This document shows, piece by piece, positions 28,411-38,430 of a DNA stretch of 64,000 nucleotides (position 1 is the first letter of the stretch; every line of letters starts with the position of its first letter). A program made the translations under genes and the position numbers. The notes below the pieces were generated by a model. That model saw nothing but the letters and a program-made list of their open reading frames with translations, searched no databases and had not been told where the DNA came from. The stretch is taken from the NCBI GenBank assembly GCA_041659325.1, contig JBAZYN010000001.1:302819-366818 (forward strand). Direction: 5' to 3'. Source of the stretch: Candidatus Shapirobacteria bacterium (GTDB taxonomy: Bacteria; Patescibacteriota; Microgenomatia; UBA12405).

Positions 28411-30624
28411 TCATCTTTTCGGCAGTTTACCAATAACAGCCACATTCTCAATAACCTGAGGATTATCTAAGTCAAAATTATTTTTCCTCATCCTGGCCAA
28501 AATACACGTATCCCAGTTTTCAGCCTGTTGTCCATAATTTATTGAATAAAATCTAGCATCACCGATTTTATTCTTATCAAATAGCATTATTACTTTATCA
28601 ACTCCGTCCAACTCAACAGGATAATAAAATATCTCTTGTTTTAAAAATGGGTAGGCTAACGCTTCTGGTAAAGAAATCATATCATTTATACCGACACTGG
28701 ATTGAAACTTCATAAATTTATCAATTATACCTTTTCGGCTTAAGTACAAAGTTTCGTAACTCTTATATATTTTGTCAAAAACATAACTTGATTCACCGAT
28801 TTTATAATTATCGACATTAAATTTGGAAATGAAAACTAAATACCCAAATAAAAATAAGGTCAAAAATACTTTATTTTTAAATTTGATTAAAGATACGGAA
28901 TAAACAAACAGCCACAATGTAGGAACAAAATACGATATATGATAATGGGTAGACCATGCAAGTTTACCAATCTGTATCATTATATTTGGCATTAAAAAAA
29001 ATATCCAAGCAATAAAATTTTTCGGTTTAAACAAAATTATAAAACCGCTAAAAATTATATTAACTAAAATAAATATACCGGAAGAACGAGAGATAATTAC
29101 ATTATAGAGATTTACTACGATACTAATAATTCCCCCCGAAAACGTATTGTTTATTACACTATTTTGTGTTGAACCTGGTTCGGCAGTTTGTTTGATTATT
29201 GTAATCATAATCAAACTTATAATCAAAGAAAACAAACCGATAATTAATATTTTTTTATCTCTTTTAAATAAAAATAAATAAACCAAAAAAACCATAAATA
29301 ACGAAATACCATAAATCTCATTTGACGAAATCGCCAACAAAGAGAAGATAGAAATCAATAAATAGTTTAACTTTTTACGAGACAACAATAAGATGGTCAA
29401 AGAACAAAACAACAAAAAAAATCTATTAAAATAAAATTGTCCGTAAAAACCCTGCAACCAAAGAGGATGCTGCGATGCAATTAAAACCAATATTGCAGAA
29501 TTTAAACTATCCACCATGTACCTTCTCGCCGCCAAATAAACAAACAATAATACCGTTGAATAAATAATCGCCTGCGTTAAGGCTATAAACCAATAAATAT
29601 CAAAAAATCGAAGCAAAAATCCCAACGGAAAAGCAATTAGATAGAAATGACCCCAGGGGGGAAACTCTTTTGGGGTAATTAGCGAACGGCCACAAACATA
29701 TTCGGCACTTCTATACCAAACGTCGTTAAGTGAATAAGTAATAGACCTGGCATAACTACTTTCAAACCCCAAACCTTTACTGATATTCAACATTATCTGG
29801 GCTGCAAAAGTTGTATCCCCAAACTGAGATTGCATATTCCGATAAAATAATAACCTAGTAAGAATCAATGATATTAAGATATAAAACACTACCACGATAA
29901 ATACTTCATATTTTTTACAACACATAATCTCGATTTTGAAAAATAGCTCTCTAAGCTTTTTCAAATAGGCCGTGAATATTTTTGTACTCTTAAACGTAAA
30001 AAAAAATATATACAAGTAAATTACAACAAAGATTAATAAATAATTTACCAAGGAAACATTACCAAAAAAAGACCTTATTTTATTGAAAACAAATCCAATA
30101 ATTTCTTCTTTATGCTCCAATAAATATTCTTTTGGAAAACTATGCTTACTCAAAATTGAAGAACCTTTAGCCACCATTTGAACCGAGTTCCCGTTTACCC
30201 CATCCAAGGACTCTATTTCTATCTGATATTTTTTGTTTTTTGAATCTTTAATTCCAGGAAACCCAAAGGGAAAATATTGATTATTTTGGAATTGGTCAAC
30301 CTTATATTTATTGCTGTAATACCAATCACCACTACCTATTTCCTTTATCCTAAATTGTAAGTAATCATCGTTAATTCTTCCATGCGTGTCAAACTTGACT
30401 GCGACTATACCTAAATTATTATTTTTAGCCGCAAATTCCTCCGAAACCTTCACACCCTTAAGTAATTCTCTGTTTTGACTACCTACAAAATCATGGCCTT
30501 CAACAATCACTGTAAAATTGTAATCCTGAAATTCACTAACTTTCATAAAACCTATCCCTATCAACACTAACACCGCTAAACCCAAAACAATTGCCAATTT
30601 ACTTTTAAAATACATAATATTCAA
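28411..30624 (-). CDS. Very large polytopic membrane protein (737 aa), putative GT-C fold glycan transferase/polymerase (YfhO-like?)
   Basis: Signal/TM, then a ~190 aa extracytoplasmic domain, then more than 12 TM helices, then a C-terminal soluble domain. Confidence 0.3.
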   Translation of the reverse strand: MNIMYFKSKLAIVLGLAVLVLIGIGFMKVSEFQDYNFTVIVEGHDFVGSQNRELLKGVKVSEEFAAKNNNLGIVAVKFDTHGRINDDYLQFRIKEIGSGDWYYSNKYKVDQFQNNQYFPFGFPGIKDSKNKKYQIEIESLDGVNGNSVQMVAKGSSILSKHSFPKEYLLEHKEEIIGFVFNKIRSFFGNVSLVNYLLIFVVIYLYIFFFTFKSTKIFTAYLKKLRELFFKIEIMCCKKYEVFIVVVFYILISLILTRLLFYRNMQSQFGDTTFAAQIMLNISKGLGFESSYARSITYSLNDVWYRSAEYVCGRSLITPKEFPPWGHFYLIAFPLGFLLRFFDIYWFIALTQAIIYSTVLLFVYLAARRYMVDSLNSAILVLIASQHPLWLQGFYGQFYFNRFFLLFCSLTILLLSRKKLNYLLISIFSLLAISSNEIYGISLFMVFLVYLFLFKRDKKILIIGLFSLIISLIMITIIKQTAEPGSTQNSVINNTFSGGIISIVVNLYNVIISRSSGIFILVNIIFSGFIILFKPKNFIAWIFFLMPNIMIQIGKLAWSTHYHISYFVPTLWLFVYSVSLIKFKNKVFLTLFLFGYLVFISKFNVDNYKIGESSYVFDKIYKSYETLYLSRKGIIDKFMKFQSSVGINDMISLPEALAYPFLKQEIFYYPVELDGVDKVIMLFDKNKIGDARFYSINYGQQAENWDTCILARMRKNNFDLDNPQVIENVAVIGKLPKR

Positions 30625-31374
30625 CTATATTTTTTGAAGCACTACCGTTAAACCCAGTCCTATTGGCGGTCTTATATACTTTTCCACAAATTTTTGAAAG
30701 GGAACGACATAACTATCATAAAATTTCCCCTGATTCTTGACCAGATTAATCCCGGAACCCGAACCAAGAGTTATTTTTTTAAACTTAAAATATAATAAAG
30801 ACCCTAACACACCAATAAAATCCTGATACCAAATATCTACGACGTTAAATCTTTCTCTATTTATTAAACCCAACATATATTTTTTCGAGTATCTCCGGTA
30901 ATGACCCAAAAATTTATCGTGAGATGAATACAAAAAAGGTAAGGCAGGGACTTCAATTAAAATCATACCACCAGGTTTGAGAAGTTCATAAGCTTTTTCT
31001 ATGGCTTTAATATCTTCTTTAATATGTTCCAACACATGAATAAACAAAATCGTGTCAAAATGTCCGACTGTTTTATCCTTTAGCTTAAAGAGATCTTCCA
31101 TTTGAAAAGAGACATATTTAGGAAAAACGAATCTCTTCTGATGAAGCTTAAAAAGAGTTTTTGAAGGTTCTATCGAGACCAATCTTTTTATACCCCTCGC
31201 ATTTTTAACAATTTCGTTTGTAAACCCCTTTTCTCCACTTCCTACTTCTAAAATTTCCCTCCCGACATATTTACCAATTAGATCATATTGATATTTTCGG
31301 TAATTATTTAGTTCATAATCTTTCACTTTCTTAGTCCAATCCATACCACACACATAATTATCGTCTTTCTTCAT
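30625..31374 (-). CDS. Class I SAM-dependent methyltransferase
   Basis: ILEVGSGEKGFT motif I; ILFIHVLEHI; LKPGGMILIEVP. Confidence 0.55.
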   Translation of the reverse strand: MKKDDNYVCGMDWTKKVKDYELNNYRKYQYDLIGKYVGREILEVGSGEKGFTNEIVKNARGIKRLVSIEPSKTLFKLHQKRFVFPKYVSFQMEDLFKLKDKTVGHFDTILFIHVLEHIKEDIKAIEKAYELLKPGGMILIEVPALPFLYSSHDKFLGHYRRYSKKYMLGLINRERFNVVDIWYQDFIGVLGSLLYFKFKKITLGSGSGINLVKNQGKFYDSYVVPFQKFVEKYIRPPIGLGLTVVLQKI

Positions 31375-31375
31375 A

Positions 31376-32497
31376 TTATTTTTTTAAAGATACTAGTAAT
31401 TCAATAATTTTTTCGGCCGCGCTAATTGGTAGTCCTCCGTAAAATGGCAATGCTAACACTTCTTGTACTACACGATGGGCATTAGGTAAGTTCGTTGGGT
31501 TTGATGAAGGTAGGTTTTTATAATACGGGTATTGACTGCAAAGTGGAAAAAAATACTTCCTCGGATATATGTTATACGTCTTTAAAATTTCACTTACCTC
31601 ATCACGGGAACGCCCAAATACTCTTTTGTCAATTCTAATAACAAAATATTGGTAACTTTTTTTTACATTAGGCCGATCTTTCAGGTAGGTTATTCCTTCA
31701 ATTTTATCAAGATGGTTCTGATACATCCTGCTAATTAGCATTCTTTTTTTTCTTTCAGTATTTACTAGTGATAAAACTACAAGACCAAGCACGGCCTGAA
31801 TCTCATTCATCTTACCGTTGATTCCAGGAACAAGCACTTCTTCCCCGATTATCCCAAAATTTCTAAGCAAATCAATTTTTTCTTTTAACAATTCATCTTT
31901 ACAAATCAGAGTTCCACCTTCCCCTGTGTGGAACAATTTTGTCGGGTGAAAACTAAACATTGAAATATCCCCAAAATTCCCGATGCCCACACCATCGATT
32001 TCGGTTTCAAAAGCATGGGCAGCATCATATATTACTTTTAAACTACGATCGTTTGCTATCTTCTGGATTTTTTCTACATCACATGGCGTCCCAAAAACAT
32101 GAACAGGTAAAATAGCCGTGGTTTTCTTGGTAATATTTTTTTCTATTTGGTCAGAGTCAATATTCATTGTTAAAGGGTCAATATCACAAAATACAGGTTT
32201 AATATTGCACCAGGTCAAACAATTTGGGGTTGCCGGAAAAGTAAAAGGTGTAGTGACAACTTCCCCTTTAAGATCAAGACTCTTAATGGCCGTTAATAGA
32301 GCTATTGTACCGTTATTAAATATTGATACTTGGGGAACTTTAAGTATTTTTTTAATTTTCTTTTCTAAGGTTTGAAGTTGTATTCCATTATTTGACAACC
32401 ATTTACTTTTCCATACCTCTTTTAATTTTCCATTAAATGCCGCTAAGGGCGGAAAAAGAGGCCTTGTAATATAAATAGGTTTCTTAAACGGTTTCAT
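31376..32497 (-). CDS. DegT/DnrJ/EryC1/StrS-family PLP-dependent sugar aminotransferase
   Basis: FSFHPTKLFHTGEGG carries the Lys of the PLP site. 373 aa, aminotransferase-like. Confidence 0.7.
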   Translation of the reverse strand: MKPFKKPIYITRPLFPPLAAFNGKLKEVWKSKWLSNNGIQLQTLEKKIKKILKVPQVSIFNNGTIALLTAIKSLDLKGEVVTTPFTFPATPNCLTWCNIKPVFCDIDPLTMNIDSDQIEKNITKKTTAILPVHVFGTPCDVEKIQKIANDRSLKVIYDAAHAFETEIDGVGIGNFGDISMFSFHPTKLFHTGEGGTLICKDELLKEKIDLLRNFGIIGEEVLVPGINGKMNEIQAVLGLVVLSLVNTERKKRMLISRMYQNHLDKIEGITYLKDRPNVKKSYQYFVIRIDKRVFGRSRDEVSEILKTYNIYPRKYFFPLCSQYPYYKNLPSSNPTNLPNAHRVVQEVLALPFYGGLPISAAEKIIELLVSLKK

Positions 32498-33432
32498 AGG
32501 TATTTCTTCCTAATGACATAATTTGGTTTCTTTCGAAGCTCACTATAAATACGCCATGTATATTCACCTATCACCCCCAGCATAATCATTATCAAGCCTC
32601 CCACAAATAAAATCGCCACCATAATCGGTGCCCACCCCGTAAAAGGTGTTTTACCGACAAACCAAGCGTAAATAATGGTTAACCCATATATAACCCCGAC
32701 AATAGAAGTGATAATGCCAGACAAAGAAATAAAACGGATGGGAAGATAAGAGGCGTCAAGAAAAGCATCCAAGAAATTTTTTAACTTTTTTGAGAAATTG
32801 TATTGCGATTTACCAATCGTTCGTTTCAGTCGAGTATAGGGGATAAAGCATGTTCGATAGCCAGTCCACAACAAATCTCCCTGAAAAGACCTATTCCGAA
32901 TATCTATTGTATTGTATTCATCCAATGGTTTTCGATCTATAAGGACATAGTCAAATCCACCTATAGGTAACTGAGGAAAAGAGAGCTTTAAAGCTCCATA
33001 TGCCAAACGGGAAAAAAATTTAGCCGCAAAAGTATCTGAACGACCCACCCGGTAACAAGCAACTATCTCTGACCCTTTCCTCCAACTTTTAATCATTTTC
33101 GGAATCATCTCCACCGGGTCCTGCATATCCGCCGAAATGTTAATGACCGCATCACCACTAGCCTCTTTTAACCCTGCGAGAATAGCTGCCATTTGACCAA
33201 AATTTCTGGTAAATGATATAGCTTTTACCCGTGAGTCTTCTTTTCTTACATTAAATATTTCTTTCAGCGAATCATCATCTGAACCATCATCAACAAAGAT
33301 AATTTCGTATTCATAACCCGCTAATGATTTTGCAAAAACTGATTTAATTTTCTCATATGTTTTGCAAATAGATCCCTCGTTGCGATATACGGCAATAACT
33401 AATGAAATTTTCATTGTTCTATCCTTTTTCAC
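32494..33432 (-). CDS. GT2 polyprenyl-phosphate sugar synthase (GtrB/ArnC/DPM-like) with two C-terminal TM helices
   Basis: ISLVIAVYRNEGSI ... IIFVDDGSDDDS ... ISADMQDP (DxD). C-terminal double TM. Confidence 0.65.
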   Translation of the reverse strand: MKKDRTMKISLVIAVYRNEGSICKTYEKIKSVFAKSLAGYEYEIIFVDDGSDDDSLKEIFNVRKEDSRVKAISFTRNFGQMAAILAGLKEASGDAVINISADMQDPVEMIPKMIKSWRKGSEIVACYRVGRSDTFAAKFFSRLAYGALKLSFPQLPIGGFDYVLIDRKPLDEYNTIDIRNRSFQGDLLWTGYRTCFIPYTRLKRTIGKSQYNFSKKLKNFLDAFLDASYLPIRFISLSGIITSIVGVIYGLTIIYAWFVGKTPFTGWAPIMVAILFVGGLIMIMLGVIGEYTWRIYSELRKKPNYVIRKKYL

Positions 33433-34159
33433 AAAGTAAAAAAATACTGGAACACAAATCCGGATACTGTTGACCTAGTTGATAACAGCCCTCTAGATAT
33501 TCCAATGAAATAATATCTGTTTTCAATAATCTATCCCATTGAAAATTGGCTAAAGCCTTAAAAAAAATACCAGAGCGATAAACCACTTTCAGCCCAGCAG
33601 TTTTTACATCTCGCTCGAGAGTGTCAAAAGTATAAGATATTTTATGCCCATGTTCCGATTCACTTTGGGTAATCGCCGTGTTATGACTTATTAGACCCAT
33701 TTTTACCGCAATTTGTCTTGAAGGAGCATTGGCATTAGGACAGACCAAAAATAGCCTCCCTCTGTCAGATAGCCATTTACTATTTATTTTTTTCAATAAG
33801 TCAACCGGAATGTCGATGTGTTCTAAAACGTGGGTTAATATAACATTATCATATTTTACCGGCAAATCAACAGTTTCAAAAAGCGAATTATATACGATTA
33901 CCTTTCCCCGTAACTTTCTTTCGGCTTCAGAAACTGCTTCATCTGAAGCTTCCACACAGGTAATATCGGTAAAATATGGAAGAAGTCTTTTAGTGAAATC
34001 ACCCTTAAAACTCCCTAGTTCGAGTACGTTACCTTTATTGAAAAAGGGGATAAATGATTTCAACATAAAAGAATGCATGACATCAAAATCAAAACTATAT
34101 ACATATTTATGACTTGGTGTATTTTTAAGCTCTTTATTATAGTCTCTTACCTTATTCAT
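33419..34159 (-). CDS. Class I SAM-dependent methyltransferase
   Basis: VLELGSFKGDFT motif I; VILTHVLEHI. Confidence 0.5.
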   Translation of the reverse strand: MNKVRDYNKELKNTPSHKYVYSFDFDVMHSFMLKSFIPFFNKGNVLELGSFKGDFTKRLLPYFTDITCVEASDEAVSEAERKLRGKVIVYNSLFETVDLPVKYDNVILTHVLEHIDIPVDLLKKINSKWLSDRGRLFLVCPNANAPSRQIAVKMGLISHNTAITQSESEHGHKISYTFDTLERDVKTAGLKVVYRSGIFFKALANFQWDRLLKTDIISLEYLEGCYQLGQQYPDLCSSIFLLCEKG

Positions 34160-34167
34160 TTTATTTA

Positions 34168-34623
34168 TTAAATATTGTCTAATGTTACCATCATCTTCAA
34201 TGAGTCGTCTTCAGTATCATACTGTCTAAAATTAAACTTTTTATACAAACTAATCGCCAAACTATTGTGTTTATTTACTTCCAACAATATTTTACAAAAC
34301 TTATTCTCTTTTACGTATTCGATACATCTTAATAATAACCCGGAGGCAATTCCTTGACCCATATACTCTCTTATTACACTCACATTTGTGATATATGCTA
34401 AATGGTTAATCTTGTCATTGATATAAGCGGCCACACACCCCACCAAAACTTTACCTGACCACGCCTCAAATCTAATTGCTTTTGCAAATAATTTTTTTGA
34501 ATACTTTTCGATATTAACTGTTTTGGATAACGAAGGGACAAAATCACCATCACATTTGACCAAATGTGAATATATCTCTTTTTCGGAAGCGGTATTAATT
34601 TCATATCTTATATTATTAGCCAT
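34168..34623 (-). CDS. GNAT-family N-acetyltransferase
   Basis: 151 aa. ITNVSVIREYMGQGIASGLL is GNAT motif A (Q/RxxGxG/A). Confidence 0.6.
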   Translation of the reverse strand: MANNIRYEINTASEKEIYSHLVKCDGDFVPSLSKTVNIEKYSKKLFAKAIRFEAWSGKVLVGCVAAYINDKINHLAYITNVSVIREYMGQGIASGLLLRCIEYVKENKFCKILLEVNKHNSLAISLYKKFNFRQYDTEDDSLKMMVTLDNI

Positions 34624-34629
34624 ATTGAA

Positions 34630-35583
34630 TTACTCCTCAAGCACAGCCATACCAAATCCACATCGTCCAAATTCATTCCCGTTATATAACAAATATATTT
34701 TGTCCCCACTTCGAAAAACATGTGGATAACACAACATGTCGCTATCCCAACCATTTCTTGAAACTTCAATACCAACTTTACTGTCATCTCTGATCCAATT
34801 GGTCAAATCCTGTGAAAAAGCATATCCAAGTCGATACCCCCTGTCTTTGTTTTCTCTAAAACCAATCGCCTCTCTATAACAAAACAACATATGGTACTGA
34901 TCATCAAAATTAATAATTGTCGGAAGTGCCTGACATTCCTGTAAATTTAATTTGTCAGGGATTAATTGCCTGCCCTCTTTTTGCCAACGAAAACCATCCT
35001 CAGAAGTTGCGTGACCAATTTTATAAATACGTTGCGGTTCTTTACCCTCTGTCTCTTTCAGCCATTTAATACCATAGATGTACCACATATGATATTTATT
35101 ATTATAGATTTGAACAAAAGGATCGCCTACCAAAAAAGGTTCATGTTGCGATGAGGTCAACACTGGACCGTCTCCTACTCTTTTAAAAGTCAGACCGTCA
35201 TCATCACTTATGGCCAAACCAATAGAAGTTTCAACTGATACAGACACCCTCCTGCTCCACCCACCGATATACCCCAATATCTTATTTTTTGTCCTTAAAA
35301 TATTTAGAGGAAAAATACCATGTTCATCAAAACAGCCTAAATTCCCAAGTTTAATTACTGTTTTTTTTGACACATTAATAATATTTGTAAAATTTTTGTC
35401 AAAATCAATAAATGAAATATGGCTCAAAAATTTACCGGTCTTGTCCTTTTCCCTAGTCGAAAAATAAATCCTCACAAAATCATCAAACAATAAAGTTTGT
35501 GGTGACTGAGCAAACTCAACACAATTATTTAATAATTTATGATCGCGGGGATCAAATATCTTCCCCAATTTTTTCCATTTCAT
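34630..35583 (-). CDS. Five-bladed beta-propeller glycosidase/phosphorylase-like protein (GH130/DUF377-like; GH43/GH32 clan also possible), paralog A
   Basis: 317 aa. About 40% identical by eye to the adjacent ORF. C-terminal ...YLLYNGNEFGRCGFGMAVLEE. Confidence 0.35.
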   Translation of the reverse strand: MKWKKLGKIFDPRDHKLLNNCVEFAQSPQTLLFDDFVRIYFSTREKDKTGKFLSHISFIDFDKNFTNIINVSKKTVIKLGNLGCFDEHGIFPLNILRTKNKILGYIGGWSRRVSVSVETSIGLAISDDDGLTFKRVGDGPVLTSSQHEPFLVGDPFVQIYNNKYHMWYIYGIKWLKETEGKEPQRIYKIGHATSEDGFRWQKEGRQLIPDKLNLQECQALPTIINFDDQYHMLFCYREAIGFRENKDRGYRLGYAFSQDLTNWIRDDSKVGIEVSRNGWDSDMLCYPHVFRSGDKIYLLYNGNEFGRCGFGMAVLEE

Positions 35584-35589
35584 ATATTT

Positions 35590-36549
35590 TTACACTTTAT
35601 ATGACTGAAGCTCTGCTAACCCAAAACCAAACCTCCCGACTTGATTTCCAAGATATAACATAAAAAGATTACCATCTAGTTCAAATACGTGGGGATAAGC
35701 AATTGACTCATCGTCCCATCCTTTTTTTGAAATGTCTATACCGACTTTGGTATCATCTCGGACCCAATCGACAAGATTATCAGAAAATGCATATCCAATG
35801 CGGTAACCTCTCCTATCACGATAATCTGTACTATACCTATAACAAAAAAACATGTGGTACTTACCTTTATAAAAAATTACATCCGGGCTAGCTTGAGCTT
35901 CATTCTCTTCCAATTTCACTTTAATTAGATCTTTGCCATGCTTCTTCCAGGTCGCTCCGTCCTTTGAAAATGCCACTCGAATTTTATACACTGGCTCTGG
36001 CTTACCGTTATCTAATATCCATTTCTTACCGGCAATATACCACAAGCACCACATATTATTATACTTTTTTATTTTTGGACCACTTATGATGTACGGTTCG
36101 TCAAGATCAAAAGATAATATCGGTCCCGGACCAAGCTTTTCAAACGTTATCCCATCGTCATAACTTATTGCTTTTCCAATAGCTACATTAAACGGCACCG
36201 ATTCACATCTTGTATAACCAGCATAATAAGCTATTATTTTTTTTCCGTCTTTTATCACCGACACCGGATAAGTTCCAAATTCATCAAAAGTACCCGTTTC
36301 TCCTAATTTTAAAATTGGTCTTTGGGATATATCAATTATTTTAAATAGATTATGCCGACTTAAATCAACATAACCGGTATAACTCACATACTGTCCATTT
36401 TCATCTCTAGGAGGTCTACAAGAAAAGTAAACTCTCACAAATTTTTCAAATATTAAAGTAGCCGGCGCTTGGGCAAATTCATGCATCCAATCCAAACCTT
36501 TATACTCTGTCGGATCAAAAACCTTCCCTAATTTTTTCCATTTAAACAT
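35590..36549 (-). CDS. Five-bladed beta-propeller glycosidase/phosphorylase-like protein, paralog B
   Basis: 319 aa tandem paralog: MFKWKKLGKVFDP..., and a GYRIGYAFS..LV.WVRDD block shared with paralog A. Confidence 0.35.
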   Translation of the reverse strand: MFKWKKLGKVFDPTEYKGLDWMHEFAQAPATLIFEKFVRVYFSCRPPRDENGQYVSYTGYVDLSRHNLFKIIDISQRPILKLGETGTFDEFGTYPVSVIKDGKKIIAYYAGYTRCESVPFNVAIGKAISYDDGITFEKLGPGPILSFDLDEPYIISGPKIKKYNNMWCLWYIAGKKWILDNGKPEPVYKIRVAFSKDGATWKKHGKDLIKVKLEENEAQASPDVIFYKGKYHMFFCYRYSTDYRDRRGYRIGYAFSDNLVDWVRDDTKVGIDISKKGWDDESIAYPHVFELDGNLFMLYLGNQVGRFGFGLAELQSYKV

Positions 36550-36565
36550 TTTCTGAGTTCACTTT

Positions 36566-37270
36566 TTACTGTAACGTAAAGTTAGAATTTAAATATTTCT
36601 TTATTTCCTCTATGGAATTAAACATCATCACATCGACAATTGATAAAAACGGAATATATTCATTCTCAAACTGCTTATAACTAAAATTACTTGTTTTTAT
36701 AAAATGTAAATCTATACCTTGTTTTTTAAATTCCTCTTTATTATATAACTCAACTCCCCCAATCGGATTTATATATATATTAGCTTTCCTAGCTTTACAA
36801 ATTGCTAATACTTTTTCTGCCGACTTAAGAGTATGATCAATCTCTACGCTAGAAGACACGATAAAAGTAGTCTTTATCTCTAAATACTCTTTTATTTTTA
36901 TCAGGGAATTATAAATAAATAGAAATAAGTTCTTTTCTTCAAACAAAACACAATTTTCTATTAACGGATACACCATTTCAAAATATGGTGCTTTTCGATA
37001 AGACTCTTTTATCCTATTTAAGAGCTTACTTTTATCCGTCACCCAAGTATCTGCCAAAAACCTGTCTTTCACATCAGAAGTATCAGGGTCTTTTCTTAGT
37101 GGAATTGTAATGTAGGAGTCCTTCCCATTTACCAAAATTCTATTACGATTAATCCATCCTTTTTTTGTATATTTGATATTATCGTAAACCACAAACTCAT
37201 CGACCGCATTGATTAACTGAAAATATCCTATATAAGGAAAGAAATATGGTTGCATAATACCTACTTTCAT
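36566..37270 (-). CDS. WbqC-like family protein (O-antigen-cluster-associated, function unknown)
   Basis: MKVGIMQPYFFPYIGYFQLINAVDEFVVYDN is the signature N-terminus of the WbqC-like family. Confidence 0.6.
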   Translation of the reverse strand: MKVGIMQPYFFPYIGYFQLINAVDEFVVYDNIKYTKKGWINRNRILVNGKDSYITIPLRKDPDTSDVKDRFLADTWVTDKSKLLNRIKESYRKAPYFEMVYPLIENCVLFEEKNLFLFIYNSLIKIKEYLEIKTTFIVSSSVEIDHTLKSAEKVLAICKARKANIYINPIGGVELYNKEEFKKQGIDLHFIKTSNFSYKQFENEYIPFLSIVDVMMFNSIEEIKKYLNSNFTLQ

Positions 37271-37470
37271 TACTATACTTTATAGCAAAAACATTTCCAC
37301 TTTGATATAACTAACATTGGCACTACTAAAGCCCGACCTTCTAAACTTCTATCTTTATAAGAGTATACTACCAATTTTTTAGGGAATTATCCGTCAATAT
37401 GTCTACAAAATCATCCCGATGTCCAAGACCAATTATACTATTATCTGCCAGTCATCGACGCTACCAATAA

Positions 37471-38430
37471 TCATTTAATTACCTCAGGTTGCTTTACAAC
37501 AATAACGATCAGATTATCCCCCTCATCCTTATCACTCAAATATACCTTTGTCTCGGATAATATTTTTCTATAATTTACTTTCATCCCTCTCATCAGCCAT
37601 TCACTCCCCAATCTGGCAACAAGGTCTTGTAATTTCGAGCTACTCCTAATCAATGAATAAACAAAAAATCTTATTTTCCCAAATAAGTTACTAGCCGGCT
37701 TCACCCTATTAGTAGAATCGACCATTAGTCTTCGATTCATTTTGTTATATGACTGCCAAATCTCATATGTCCCGAATGCCTTAACTTTTTCAAATAGTTT
37801 TCTAATTTCGTCATGATAATATTCATGTTCGTGAGGAAGAACAAATCTATATTTTCTTTTGTCATCTTTGTTAATTGCAAATAAATCCTGACAAAATTTT
37901 CTATTCGGTGTCCCGATCACCGCCACCCCACCTTCCTTCAAAACTCTGGATACTTCTTCTAAATAAAACTCAGCCTTATCTTTTGGAATATGCTCAATCA
38001 CATGCGAAGATACAACAAAATCAAAACATTTATCAGGAAAGGGTAAAATAGGACCTTGATATTGAACATATTGTACCCCTTTTTTCCCATATTGCTTTCT
38101 GGCAAAATCTATACAGGATTCTGAATAATCTACTCCGTAATAACTATAATTTTTTTGTACAGTATCTTTTACAAAAGAAATATTTCTGCCAGTACCACAT
38201 CCAAGATCCAACACAAAAGCATTGTCTTTTTTAGACCGTTCAATAATCCCTTTAAAAACAAGATATACAGGAACCGAGTTGGCATAATGTGTCAGAGGTA
38301 TTCGGTTTTCACCCGCACCCTCTTTTGCTACACCTAATGGAATCTGACCATAAGGATTTTTCTCCCCCCAGTCAATAAACTGTTTGCCTGATTTCCCTAA
38401 TTCAATTATTTTATGATCCTTTACTTTCAT
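37471..38430 (-). CDS. Class I SAM-dependent methyltransferase
   Basis: VLDLGCGTGRN motif I; VVSSHVIEHI; LKEGGVAVIGTP. Confidence 0.6.
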   Translation of the reverse strand: MKVKDHKIIELGKSGKQFIDWGEKNPYGQIPLGVAKEGAGENRIPLTHYANSVPVYLVFKGIIERSKKDNAFVLDLGCGTGRNISFVKDTVQKNYSYYGVDYSESCIDFARKQYGKKGVQYVQYQGPILPFPDKCFDFVVSSHVIEHIPKDKAEFYLEEVSRVLKEGGVAVIGTPNRKFCQDLFAINKDDKRKYRFVLPHEHEYYHDEIRKLFEKVKAFGTYEIWQSYNKMNRRLMVDSTNRVKPASNLFGKIRFFVYSLIRSSSKLQDLVARLGSEWLMRGMKVNYRKILSETKVYLSDKDEGDNLIVIVVKQPEVIK

